Virus record (IMG/VR): IMGVR_UViG_3300042691_010759
From: an uncultured virus (IMG/VR IMGVR_UViG_3300042691_010759)
Taxonomy: Duplodnaviria > Heunggongvirae > Uroviricota > Caudoviricetes
DNA length: 64,000 bases
Direction: 5' to 3' (one strand)
Part shown: one piece after another, positions 1 through 8,522 of the stretch
How positions within the stretch are numbered: the stretch's first letter is position 1
Layout: each line of letters begins with the position of its first letter
Notes under the pieces: generated by a model
The model's database searches: none
What the model was told of the DNA's origin: nothing
What the model saw: the letters and a program-made list of their open reading frames with translations, nothing else
Translations under genes and position numbers: made by a program

Positions 1-36
1 CACTTGATTGGACTACGAGAGAGAAAAACTTTTGCA

Positions 37-681
37 TCAGAAGTTACCGTTATAAATTGATACTAAGCTATCTCTAAGTGCAACAATGTAATATGTTGTT
101 TGGGCATATCCACTATTCTCATACGGAGACCCTACCTCATTAGTTAACCATTGATAAAAGTCTCTAGCATCTGATCTCTCATACCAAGCAATCATATTAG
201 AAGTATCTTTATCAAACATTTGAGTTTGAGGTAAGGTAAGAACACCAACACGTATGTCTTCCGCTACATCTTTTCTCATAGCCTCAACTGTTTTCATTCG
301 CGTTCTTTTAGTCTCAGTAATTACATTCATCCATATTTGCTTATCTTCCTCATCTGACCATAGTTGGATACGTAAAGCATAAGGGCTGAAAAAACACAAA
401 CCGCCAATAAGTTTCTCTTCTTGAGTTAGATTAGCATAATTTTCAAAATTAGGCCCTACTGCCGCATAAAACAAAGGCTTAATATAAGTTCTTCTTCTGC
501 CCCAGTCTAATCCATCATAATTATACCAATTAGTAATTGAAGAAATATCTTCATAGGTTGCACCAGGACTTACTGTACTTGTTATATAAGGATCCGAAGG
601 TATATTCTCTACCTGTCCAGTATTTGGGTTAGTATATGTATCTGTATTAGGATTATATCCTATAAGTTTATAAAGTATCAT
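37..681 (-). CDS. hypothetical protein in structural/late module
   Basis: 214 aa ORF overlapping the upstream gene's stop; no recognised motif. Confidence 0.7.
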   Translation of the reverse strand: MILYKLIGYNPNTDTYTNPNTGQVENIPSDPYITSTVSPGATYEDISSITNWYNYDGLDWGRRRTYIKPLFYAAVGPNFENYANLTQEEKLIGGLCFFSPYALRIQLWSDEEDKQIWMNVITETKRTRMKTVEAMRKDVAEDIRVGVLTLPQTQMFDKDTSNMIAWYERSDARDFYQWLTNEVGSPYENSGYAQTTYYIVALRDSLVSIYNGNF

Positions 682-1328
682 ACTCTAAGTTTTTCGTAGA
701 CAATTTCTTCAAATGTAATTGATGCTTGTGCTGTAGGTGCTCCAACACTCCATTGAGCTGAAAAATTGAATGTATTAGTAGTTGTTGTATCAATAGAAAA
801 AGTTCCATTAGATGGATCAACATCCGTAAATCCTGGATTTGTTTCAATTGCATCTCCAATAGCTACATTCATTCCTGATATTAATGTACCTGCTGCACCA
901 TCTGTTCTAATAGCCAGCTGAGCATCAATCCACATTCCTTTGTTGTTTTGACCCGCAGGCATTTGGATAGCTTTAGTAGCAGAAATCACAATGATTCCAA
1001 AAGTAGTAGAATTTACTTTAAGTCTAATTTGAAGTCTTTTTAAAGAAGCGGGGCCTGTTGAATACCTTGCATAAGCTGTAAGTCTAATTCTATCTCCCAC
1101 AATTAATTCACCAGGAGCAACTACAAAATCAAAATTATTTGTAGTAATGTTAGTTTCAGCATTACTATTAGTTACAGTATTTGAATCTCCTGTAGATCCA
1201 TCAATAACTCCTACAACTCCTGAAGCACTTCCCGTAAGAAATGGGTTTGATGCAGATGGATTATCTGCATTCATTGCTGCCTGATACTGATTGTCGGGCA
1301 GATTTCTAGTTATTCCTGCTTTGCTCAT
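678..1328 (-). CDS. putative virion/tail-associated beta-rich protein
   Basis: 216 aa, Gly/Ser/Thr/Asn-rich with alternating beta-like pattern, in the minus-strand structural operon. Confidence 0.5.
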   Translation of the reverse strand: MSKAGITRNLPDNQYQAAMNADNPSASNPFLTGSASGVVGVIDGSTGDSNTVTNSNAETNITTNNFDFVVAPGELIVGDRIRLTAYARYSTGPASLKRLQIRLKVNSTTFGIIVISATKAIQMPAGQNNKGMWIDAQLAIRTDGAAGTLISGMNVAIGDAIETNPGFTDVDPSNGTFSIDTTTTNTFNFSAQWSVGAPTAQASITFEEIVYEKLRV

Positions 1329-1330
1329 AG

Positions 1331-2272
1331 TTACGTAGTATATTCAATGATAAATGTTGTACCTGTTGCATCATACGCAATAGCTCCATAAGTATCTCTA
1401 TTTGCTATAGGGGCCCATGGAATACTAACACCTGCTGGTATTGATGCTCCATTCCAAATTCCCGCGGCATTCCCTGCATTAAGCATAGATCCACTTAGAG
1501 AGCCTGCTGGAACAGAACCAACACCTACAGCAGACACAGTATTATGAGTTCTTAGCGCAGGTGTAAGTTTTGTATTTATTGCAGCAAGAGTAGTCTCTGT
1601 AGCAAAGTCCTCAGCATTAAACGCTGTAAGTAAGTTGTTTAGTGTAATATTACCTAGCTGAACATTAGAATTAATTTGACCAGCTGTTACTTCAGAAGCT
1701 CTTGTAGAAAGATCAACATCAAGTTGTGCTAGAATAGAACCTAATGTTGTTAAAGCTAAATTAAGTGTAGTCTCTGTAGCAAAGTCTATATTTGAAATAA
1801 TAGTTGTATCAGCTAAAATACTTGCTAATGTAGTATTTATATCTGTAAGTTCATTTACAGTATTTGTTGTATCTACTTCTATTGCTGTTAAGATAGGAGT
1901 TTGTAACTGTAACTCAGCTAAGATCTGTGCAAGAAATGAACTAGGATCTGTATACTCAATAGTACACCCTACTCCTATTGGTGTTTCAACACTGCTGCCT
2001 GGTAAATAATATTTTATTGGTCCCCAAGTTCCAGAGTCTTGATCCCATACTCTTACTTCAAGTAATACACGTGTAGCAGGGCCAGGACAAGTTTCTAATA
2101 CAAATCTAGCTTCATAATCTGTCTGTGCTTGAAGAGTTGTAAGAATTGAGCTTAACAAAAATTCCATTAAATCCGTATTACCATCAATCTGATTTAATAC
2201 GTTTAACATTTTTCTTTGCCAAGGATGATTAAATCCTTTTTGTCCTTCTGTTTTTAAATTTCCTAATGACAT
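1331..2272 (-). CDS. putative structural/fibre protein with internal DFATETTL repeats
   Basis: 313 aa; DFATETTL occurs twice, plus related STRASEVT, in a Thr/Leu-rich shaft-like segment. Confidence 0.5.
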   Translation of the reverse strand: MSLGNLKTEGQKGFNHPWQRKMLNVLNQIDGNTDLMEFLLSSILTTLQAQTDYEARFVLETCPGPATRVLLEVRVWDQDSGTWGPIKYYLPGSSVETPIGVGCTIEYTDPSSFLAQILAELQLQTPILTAIEVDTTNTVNELTDINTTLASILADTTIISNIDFATETTLNLALTTLGSILAQLDVDLSTRASEVTAGQINSNVQLGNITLNNLLTAFNAEDFATETTLAAINTKLTPALRTHNTVSAVGVGSVPAGSLSGSMLNAGNAAGIWNGASIPAGVSIPWAPIANRDTYGAIAYDATGTTFIIEYTT

Positions 2273-2284
2273 GTTCAGTAGTTT

Positions 2285-2626
2285 TTATGCGTTATTTAAA
2301 TCATTCATTAGATTGCGAAATGCATCTACTTTTGCCTTATCTTCTACGGACATAGTATTGTAATCTAAATCTAAAGTATCAGAAATTACAACTTCTGATG
2401 TGATATGGTCAATTCCTATGACACAATCATAGGCAATATTAACCCATCCTCTACCATTACCTAATGCAAAGAAATCAGCATATACGGTTTGTTGTTCTGT
2501 TGTAAGATCTACAAAGTTGATACCTACCGTGGTGGTTGTTCCCGGATTATCATGATCAATACATCCTACAGCCAAAGCTGAATCTGTTGCCGCTTGATCT
2601 GTTGTTGAGTTGTTGATTGTTATCAT
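2285..2626 (-). CDS. hypothetical protein
   Basis: 113 aa ORF tightly packed in the operon. Confidence 0.65.
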   Translation of the reverse strand: MITINNSTTDQAATDSALAVGCIDHDNPGTTTTVGINFVDLTTEQQTVYADFFALGNGRGWVNIAYDCVIGIDHITSEVVISDTLDLDYNTMSVEDKAKVDAFRNLMNDLNNA

Positions 2627-2628
2627 AA

Positions 2629-4689
2629 TTATACTCTATTTAAAACTTTAAGACTTGGTACTTGAACATAATCAGAGAATGTAGGAACAAGTCCGGTACC
2701 TACCGGTTTATTTCCGTAACATCCTACAAGGGTAATTTCAGTTAATCCTGTTCCTGCAAATTCCATAAATTCAGCAGATGCTCCATTTGCTTCAGCAATA
2801 CAATTGTAGAAGTCTGCGCGTTTCACTTGACCTAATTGGTCATTTTGCCAAGTAATATTTGGAGCAGTAGGGAAAGCTATACCATCAGCACTCTGATAGA
2901 AGGAGCAGTTCATGAACTTGATGTATCTACTTACACCCAATATGTTTGCGTAACCAATAATTTTTGAATCTCTTACTGTAATATAAGATGGTCCAGGATC
3001 CGAATTGGTATTATTCAGATAGCAATTTATAGGACTTATGTTTGAGATAAGATCACCATTGATTCTTAGATCAACATGCCATCCAATATACCCTGTCCAA
3101 ATACAATGATTATTGTTTCCATAAACATTTCCATTTATTTCAACAACAGTTGGTCCACTAAATGCATTTTGGAACATAAATGATGGATTGTGTCCAGGGC
3201 GATCCGTTCTGCATTCTCCATTTATTATTACTTTTCCAGGCCCGGCTCCATCAGATTGAACAATTGCTGTATTAGCATTTCCATAATTAACTGTGTATGG
3301 AGCTATTAGTTTTAGGTCTGGACAGTTAACAAGTAGTCTTCCATTAAATGGAATATTTGCGGAACCTCTTCTTAGGATAAATAAACTATGTTGCGCATGG
3401 TAGTATTCTCTAATGTCAAATGTAACATCAGCTGAATCACCCATTCTTACACCATAAGCGCCACCATTGTATCCACTAATTCTAGCCCAATTACATTTAA
3501 TTTTTACAATAGGTGCAAAGTTTACAGAAATAAACCCGGCAGCATCAATAGAGTCAAACTCAATATCCAATCTACCACCTGAAGCGGAAGATTGATCCAT
3601 AAGAATAGACCATCCAAAGAATCGTTCAAATTTTGCAAAACCATAGAACTTGCTATATTGACCTGACGTTATAGCATTACCTGACAAAGTTCCAGTAATA
3701 ACTACACCCGGTTCACAATAAACATGAACGTTAGGTTGCATTGTAATAGACGAATAGAATCCCTTTCTAAGATAAACCAAAGAAGGATTAGAAGTGGAAG
3801 CACCAGATACAAATGCCGTACTAATAGCTGTAGAAGCAGATTGGTAAGGTTTACTAAATACTCCAATTTGAGCAGTTGCATCATTACCTTCTTCAGGATC
3901 TACAAATAGTATGTCTGAATATAAAATGTCGGATCCTCCTATAACATATTTCACAAAACCATTTATATCAATTACTTCTGTAACTCCGGATCCTTCAACT
4001 AATCCAGACATGGAATTTATTTTTGTACCATCAGAAAAAGTTATTTTACACGGTTCAGGTACAACTAGCAATTCTTGTCTTGTATAAGCAAAACCTCCTC
4101 CTTGATTTTGTGCTGTCCATTGAGTAAACGTGATTTTCCAATATCTATTAGAAGGAATATGGTGCATAACAAACCATTGTCCTACTAAAGATTGTCCCCA
4201 AGTAGGACCTGCCTCTAAATTAAAATCACGAGAACCATACCATGTTTCATAATTATACCCAGAATAAGCGGCATAATCATTTTCATCAAAGTTTCCGTCT
4301 GTATATGCGGAAGCCCACTCTGTATCTGCAGGACTTGTACGAAAATTATTATCGTAATTTGGCTCAACAGCTAAATTAAAGATACCTTGGTTGTCGCCCC
4401 TTGTTATTTCAAGAATTCCGGGAATGATTATATCAACTTCATTTCCGAAATTAGATTTTTGAAAAGAAATAATTGGACCCAACTCCACAGCTTTTGGGGT
4501 TAAGGTAATATCACATAAAGGACCGCCTCCTAATTGAGCTTTAAGATCTTCAAATGATATAGCACGGATTTCAGGTTTCTCTGGAATCTTATTCTTGTTT
4601 GGTTTAAAATATCCAACCATTAAAAGATCCTTATCCTTTAATGTTTTTATAAGTCGTCTAGCTCTGCCTTCGCTGAAAAAGTTAATCAT
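2629..4689 (-). CDS. putative tailspike / receptor-binding protein with beta-helix-like C-terminal half
   Basis: 686 aa; LFVDPEEGND...KPYQS resembles the start of pectin-lyase-like beta-helices, followed by Gly/Asn/Ile-rich sequence. Confidence 0.55.
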   Translation of the reverse strand: MINFFSEGRARRLIKTLKDKDLLMVGYFKPNKNKIPEKPEIRAISFEDLKAQLGGGPLCDITLTPKAVELGPIISFQKSNFGNEVDIIIPGILEITRGDNQGIFNLAVEPNYDNNFRTSPADTEWASAYTDGNFDENDYAAYSGYNYETWYGSRDFNLEAGPTWGQSLVGQWFVMHHIPSNRYWKITFTQWTAQNQGGGFAYTRQELLVVPEPCKITFSDGTKINSMSGLVEGSGVTEVIDINGFVKYVIGGSDILYSDILFVDPEEGNDATAQIGVFSKPYQSASTAISTAFVSGASTSNPSLVYLRKGFYSSITMQPNVHVYCEPGVVITGTLSGNAITSGQYSKFYGFAKFERFFGWSILMDQSSASGGRLDIEFDSIDAAGFISVNFAPIVKIKCNWARISGYNGGAYGVRMGDSADVTFDIREYYHAQHSLFILRRGSANIPFNGRLLVNCPDLKLIAPYTVNYGNANTAIVQSDGAGPGKVIINGECRTDRPGHNPSFMFQNAFSGPTVVEINGNVYGNNNHCIWTGYIGWHVDLRINGDLISNISPINCYLNNTNSDPGPSYITVRDSKIIGYANILGVSRYIKFMNCSFYQSADGIAFPTAPNITWQNDQLGQVKRADFYNCIAEANGASAEFMEFAGTGLTEITLVGCYGNKPVGTGLVPTFSDYVQVPSLKVLNRV

Positions 4690-4708
4690 AATACAAAAAT
4701 TACATTAC

Positions 4709-4720
4709 ACTATAATATAC
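4709..4720 (-). promoter_or_regulatory. GTATATTATAGT motif (putative phage late-type promoter)
   Basis: identical 12-mer at 5921-5932 and a variant at 9138-9149, each just upstream of a gene start. Confidence 0.5.
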
Positions 4721-4744
4721 TAAAAATATTTAAAACATACAACA

Positions 4745-4777
4745 AAAAAAAGGTGTCTAAAAAATAGACACCTTTCT
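4745..4777 (-). terminator. intrinsic terminator
   Basis: AAAGGTGTCTA/TAGACACCTTT stem followed by a T-run on the minus strand. Confidence 0.75.
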
Positions 4778-4836
4778 GTTAACCCTTAAACATCTCAAAA
4801 GCAATCAGCATGAACAAAGCATTTTTCAAGATGTTT

Positions 4837-4866
4837 CAAATATAGGCAAATTAAAGCAAACTACAA
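4837..4866 (-). promoter_or_regulatory. Bacteroidota sigma-70-type promoter (TTG-N19-TATATTTG)
   Basis: CAAATATA at 4837-4844 and CAA at 4864-4866 on + strand; matches the TTG-N19-TAnnTTTG consensus. Confidence 0.6.
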
Positions 4867-5358
4867 CTCATTAGGTAAAATTCTTTCTTTAGCTCTATTG
4901 GTAACATGCGTTATATCACGAACCAAGTGTTCCATCATATAACACTGGATCTCATGATTATCAGCTGTAATATTAATATTCAGATTATCTAAGATAAACC
5001 AAGATAGGTGGGTAGCTTCATGTACAATAGTATCTTCTATTCTAGGCCATGCTGGAGGATTATGTTCATTGATACAAACAAATACATAAAAGTTTGTACC
5101 AACCATAGGACCTTTGACTACGCAGGTATATCCGGGAATATGAATACTACCAAACTTTTCACGATCAATAAGTTCAACACCTCCTACCAGCTCACGCATA
5201 TGAGTCAGGATCTCATCCATGTACATTCCTACGATAACTTCGTACTTAGCATAAAACATAGGTAGCTCTACACTCTCATGGTAAATCTTAAACTTTCTTG
5301 AAGAAGAACCTTCCTCTCCTGGTCCACCCAGGAAATCATCATCATTGTTAAATTCCAT
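4861..5358 (-). CDS. HExxH zincin-like protein
   Basis: TIVHEATH motif plus downstream NHE. Confidence 0.55.
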   Translation of the reverse strand: MEFNNDDDFLGGPGEEGSSSRKFKIYHESVELPMFYAKYEVIVGMYMDEILTHMRELVGGVELIDREKFGSIHIPGYTCVVKGPMVGTNFYVFVCINEHNPPAWPRIEDTIVHEATHLSWFILDNLNINITADNHEIQCYMMEHLVRDITHVTNRAKERILPNEL

Positions 5359-5437
5359 ATAAAATATTTAAGGGGATTATATAAACCCAAAGATACTAAT
5401 TTTATACGAAGTCTCCCTAGAGAGTGATGCGATTTCC

Positions 5438-5605
5438 TCAGTTTTCTTTAATTGTGCAAACAGTAGTATATTTCTTCTGTTGCTCTATTGACACTTTATG
5501 AATATCAAACTCAAGATCCACAGATCCATAAGCATCACATTTGTGTGAGGATGTCTTACAGGATACCAGTAATAATAAACCCCCCACTATAAGCATCCTT
5601 TTCAT
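5438..5605 (-). CDS. small lipoprotein (55 aa, not in ORF track)
   Basis: translated by hand: MKRMLIVGGLLLLVSCKTSSHKCDAY...; hydrophobic stretch with lipobox LVS-C. Confidence 0.6.
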   Translation of the reverse strand: MKRMLIVGGLLLLVSCKTSSHKCDAYGSVDLEFDIHKVSIEQQKKYTTVCTIKEN

Positions 5606-5742
5606 CTTCCTTGCCCCCCGTACTTCTTTTTATAATTCTTGCTAGACTTCAACTTACTAGTCTTTGTTTTTGCATGCACACCTGGCCGGCTCACCTTGTG
5701 TGAACTAAATGCCTTTACTGAACTTTCTTTAACTTTTGCCAT
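5602..5742 (-). CDS. small basic protein (46 aa, not in ORF track)
   Basis: translated by hand: MAKVKESSVK...KNYKKKYGGQGR; overlaps both neighbours as in an operon. Confidence 0.6.
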   Translation of the reverse strand: MAKVKESSVKAFSSHKVSRPGVHAKTKTSKLKSSKNYKKKYGGQGR

Positions 5743-5920
5743 GTCTATTAAAATTAATTTCTTCTGCCCATCCTAAGATATATTCTTCTATCTCTTTCTC
5801 CGGGTAACCTAACTTACCAATAATGCTTTCCACTGCAAACATGAGTTGATCTGCATCTGGGTACTCAACGGGTGACTCATGCTCATACACACTCTCCCCT
5901 ATAGTGATAACAATTTTCAT
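5729..5920 (-). CDS. hypothetical protein
   Basis: 63 aa; ATG directly follows the GTATATTATAGT motif. Confidence 0.65.
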   Translation of the reverse strand: MKIVITIGESVYEHESPVEYPDADQLMFAVESIIGKLGYPEKEIEEYILGWAEEINFNRHGKS

Positions 5921-5932
5921 ACTATAATATAC
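5921..5932 (-). promoter_or_regulatory. GTATATTATAGT motif (putative phage late-type promoter)
   Basis: identical to 4709-4720. Confidence 0.5.
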
Positions 5933-5963
5933 AAAAAACCCCAGACATAATCCAGGGTTTTTT
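5933..5963 (-). terminator. intrinsic terminator
   Basis: minus strand AAAAAACCCTGGA-loop-TCTGGGGTTTTTT. Confidence 0.65.
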
Positions 5964-6312
5964 CTTACCTAAAGTTACATTCACTGAAAAAGTCTTTCAA
6001 ATATACGCATTTCCATAATACCCCCACCCCATAATAGTGTGTGCTATGAGTCTATATCAAAACAGCCCCGGCCCCTCATCGCAGCTTGGTGTACCCCCCT
6101 GCTTGCCAGGGCACGCATGCTTTTTTCTGAGGAAAAAATAAAAAGCATGCTTTTCCTGAGAAATGTTTCCTACGTCAACATGTTCTCTTCCCCTTGCAAT
6201 GCTACACAGCTGCTGACCTGCTCATGTCTCTTGATCAGACACTCGCAGGCCCAGACACACGTGCTATGTCATTCTTCCAAGCACAGTGCCTATATAAGGG
6301 GCCTTGTGGCTA

Positions 6313-6341
6313 GTATCCGTACCGGATACCAACTCCTTCAT
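6313..6341 (+). promoter_or_regulatory. hairpin + CAAC element 1 (candidate virion-RNAP early promoter)
   Basis: GTATCCG-TAC-CGGATAC then CAACTCCTTCAT; ATG at 6362. Confidence 0.65.
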
Positions 6342-6361
6342 AAGTCAAAACCCTTTGACTT

Positions 6362-6499
6362 ATGATAAAAACTTTATCCAAGCAAGTTATCAACGGGACG
6401 TTGAAACTTGTTGAAACAGTTTTGTACTCTAACGGTACACGCGTCATCAGGATCATAGATCCTAAGACGGGTATACCTACTGACGTTATCCGTCAGTAG
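6362..6499 (+). CDS. small early protein (45 aa, not in ORF track)
   Basis: translated by hand: MIKTLSKQVINGTLKLVETVLYSNGTRVIRIIDPKTGIPTDVIRQ; sits between element 1 and a terminator. Confidence 0.6.
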   Translation: MIKTLSKQVINGTLKLVETVLYSNGTRVIRIIDPKTGIPTDVIRQ

Positions 6500-6513
6500 A
6501 GTACGCCACGCAC

Positions 6514-6545
6514 AGCACATCTGAAATAGATGTGCTTTTCTTTTC
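6514..6545 (+). terminator. intrinsic terminator
   Basis: AGCACATCT-GAAAT-AGATGTGCT then TTTCTTTT. Confidence 0.7.
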
Positions 6546-6546
6546 T

Positions 6547-6575
6547 CAATGCGTTCCGCATTGCAACTCCTGCAA
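6547..6575 (+). promoter_or_regulatory. hairpin + CAAC element 2
   Basis: CAATGCG-TTC-CGCATTG then CAACTCCTGCAA; ATG at 6594. Confidence 0.65.
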
Positions 6576-6593
6576 GCTATAAAACTTATAGCT

Positions 6594-6782
6594 ATGCAAA
6601 CACACTTCACTCTCCCATCCGGGTTCGTTCATTGCGACTTATGCGGTTGCGTACAACCGTTAAGCAATGCTACCACATTCCTTAACGGTTACGTGTGCAC
6701 CCCATGCGTCCCTAATGCTACTGCTCAGCTTCAAGAAGAAGCTGATCAGATACGCATTCTACAGCAACAAAGCAAGCATTAA
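6594..6782 (+). CDS. small early protein with CxxC...CxxC zinc ribbon
   Basis: MQTHF...HCDLCG...VCTPC; start moved to ATG 6594. Confidence 0.6.
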   Translation: MQTHFTLPSGFVHCDLCGCVQPLSNATTFLNGYVCTPCVPNATAQLQEEADQIRILQQQSKH

Positions 6783-6804
6783 GCTTGCTGTTGCTTTTTG
6801 GTCA

Positions 6805-6833
6805 ATGCGTTTACGCATCTCAACTCTCTCTTG
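6805..6833 (+). promoter_or_regulatory. hairpin + CAAC element 3
   Basis: ATGCG-TTTA-CGCAT-CT then CAACTCTCTCTTG; follows a terminator-like hairpin at about 6762-6799. Confidence 0.6.
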
Positions 6834-6928
6834 CTCTTGCGTTGCACCCATCACAAGTCACACAGATGCTCTCATACTGTTCTTGCCTTGCCGTGCATTG
6901 CACTTTTATTCACTTAATACTTAAGCTC

Positions 6929-7153
6929 ATGTCAAAGTACACATTCTACGCTCAAACACTGATCACACTAAGTGTAATCAGCTTAGCACTCACAGTGCTT
7001 GCCTTCTACCTCCACGCAGGAACCATCGGCGCTATAGGCTTGATGTTCTCCTACCTGATGTTCTATGCTTTCCTTAAAGCACCTGACCATGAGAAATACG
7101 TTGATGAACCACTTAATTCCTCATACCATGATCGGACTAAACGCAAATCATAG
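6929..7153 (+). CDS. small membrane protein (two hydrophobic segments)
   Basis: MSKYTFYAQTLITLSVISLALTVLAFY...GAIGLMFSYLMFYAFL; start moved to ATG 6929. Confidence 0.6.
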   Translation: MSKYTFYAQTLITLSVISLALTVLAFYLHAGTIGAIGLMFSYLMFYAFLKAPDHEKYVDEPLNSSYHDRTKRKS

Positions 7154-7307
7154 GGTGATCAGGGTACACATACTCGGCTACAGAACAGTAACCGAGTATG
7201 CGGTATCCATATGGCACGCCTTGGACAAAGCCTATTCCAAGTACAGTCATATTCAGCCTGATAGAAACAAATACGTAATAGGCAAACCTAAAACACAAAC
7301 ATCATGA
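7128..7307 (+). CDS. hypothetical early protein
   Basis: ATG 7128; stop overlaps the next start. Confidence 0.45.
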   Translation: MIGLNANHRVIRVHILGYRTVTEYAVSIWHALDKAYSKYSHIQPDRNKYVIGKPKTQTS

Positions 7308-7528
7308 AGAAGAGTTTGATATTTACCATTATCCTTTGTGTTGTTGCAGGATCCATAGCTACGGCTATGGACCTGTACTTCACCAAAGATAAACCACACG
7401 TTGACTTCAGTGTTGACTATCAAATAGATCTTCAGCCTAACGGCTACAAGATCCTTGATGAGAACGGTGAGGTGTATCACGTGCCACCCGGACAACTTGA
7501 ACAATGGTTTCTTGAGATGAACCTATAA
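7304..7528 (+). CDS. small exported or membrane-anchored protein
   Basis: MKK + hydrophobic N-terminus; followed by a terminator-like hairpin. Confidence 0.65.
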   Translation: MKKSLIFTIILCVVAGSIATAMDLYFTKDKPHVDFSVDYQIDLQPNGYKILDENGEVYHVPPGQLEQWFLEMNL

Positions 7529-7612
7529 AGACTTGGGAGCTTGCGCTCCCTTGTTTTTGTTTCTCACAAAGGTTAGGTTACTATCATCACACAAAACCAC
7601 GCACATGATTTA

Positions 7613-7642
7613 GGATTGCGTAACCGCAACCCAACTCCTACT
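7613..7642 (+). promoter_or_regulatory. hairpin + CAAC element 4
   Basis: GG(A)TTGCG-TAAC-CGCAACC then CAACTCCTACT; ATG at 7671. Confidence 0.6.
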
Positions 7643-7670
7643 GAAACTTAAACATTAAACATTTTCACCC

Positions 7671-7985
7671 ATGAAAACATTCAACGATTTAAAGTTTGGT
7701 AGCCATCCTCTTGACGGCATTATGGCAACGCTACAGTTTGACAACGGATACGGTGTATCAGTTATCTCCGGTAGCTACTTCAACTGCACTCCCGGGCAGA
7801 CCTATGAACTTGCCATGACTAACAATACAGGACACCTTTTGTACTGTGACATTGTTAATCATGACGTTCTAGGGCACTTAACGCCTGATGATGTTAGCCA
7901 AGTAATGGCAACCATCCAAGCGTTAGAGCCCGGCTCTATCCCATCTTCATCTGATGATGATGAAGATGATGACGCTGATGACTAA
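7671..7985 (+). CDS. phage hypothetical protein with acidic tail
   Basis: FDNGYGVSVI...YELA pattern typical of a small phage protein family; Asp-rich C-terminus. Confidence 0.7.
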   Translation: MKTFNDLKFGSHPLDGIMATLQFDNGYGVSVISGSYFNCTPGQTYELAMTNNTGHLLYCDIVNHDVLGHLTPDDVSQVMATIQALEPGSIPSSSDDDEDDDADD

Positions 7986-7988
7986 AAC

Positions 7989-8020
7989 AGGAGAGAGAGA
8001 CAAGATCTCTCTCCTTTTTT
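7989..8020 (+). terminator. intrinsic terminator
   Basis: AGGAGAGAGA...TCTCTCTCCT + T-run. Confidence 0.7.
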
Positions 8021-8114
8021 AACCAACTCTATCTTATTTCTATTATTACATATTACTTAGTAATAATAAGGATCCCTTAACGGGGGGATCACCCTCAATA
8101 AGATATATGACTTC

Positions 8115-8143
8115 GTGTGCGAGACGCACACCAACCCTTTCTT
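8115..8143 (+). promoter_or_regulatory. hairpin + CAAC element 5
   Basis: GTGTGCG-AGA-CGCACAC then CAACCCTTTCTT; ATG at 8162. Confidence 0.65.
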
Positions 8144-8161
8144 CCGTCAAAATCAAAGATT

Positions 8162-8395
8162 ATGACTATCAACGCTCCCGTTATCCCAAACTGGCTCCTC
8201 CAGATGCCTGACTACGTCATACATCAGTATGAACTCATGTTTGCTCATCCGGATGCCATAAACATTGCGCAGTTAACTAAGTTAAAAGCGGAATGTTTGT
8301 ACCGTGAATACTATACCTATCTTGCTCAGCTGAAAAAGCTTGAGCGCGAGTACGGCATAGATCTTCCGGTACCACCTGAATACCGCAGACCATAA
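8162..8395 (+). CDS. hypothetical early protein
   Basis: start moved to ATG 8162 (MTINAPV...). Confidence 0.6.
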   Translation: MTINAPVIPNWLLQMPDYVIHQYELMFAHPDAINIAQLTKLKAECLYREYYTYLAQLKKLEREYGIDLPVPPEYRRP

Positions 8396-8447
8396 TAGGT
8401 CTTGCGGTATTCCACCGCGCCAAATACATTCATCATGTATTTGGCGT

Positions 8448-8477
8448 GTGTGCGCATACGCACACCAACTCCTTCAT
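8448..8477 (+). promoter_or_regulatory. hairpin + CAAC element 6
   Basis: GTGTGCG-CATA-CGCACAC then CAACTCCTTCAT; ATG at 8523. Confidence 0.65.
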
Positions 8478-8522
8478 TGCCTTAAACGGCAATATTGCCA
8501 CAAAACTTAAATTTTCACTGCC

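Noticed and set aside
6039..6610. ORF-track calls 6039..6365 (+) and 6374..6610 (-)
   Set aside because: They run across promoter-like and terminator elements; the short ORF 6362..6499 fits the layout better.
6313..8477. CRISPR array reading of the hairpin/CAAC repeats
   Set aside because: Copies are not identical, spacing is irregular (about 230-810 nt), and the intervals contain genes and terminators; no cas operon.
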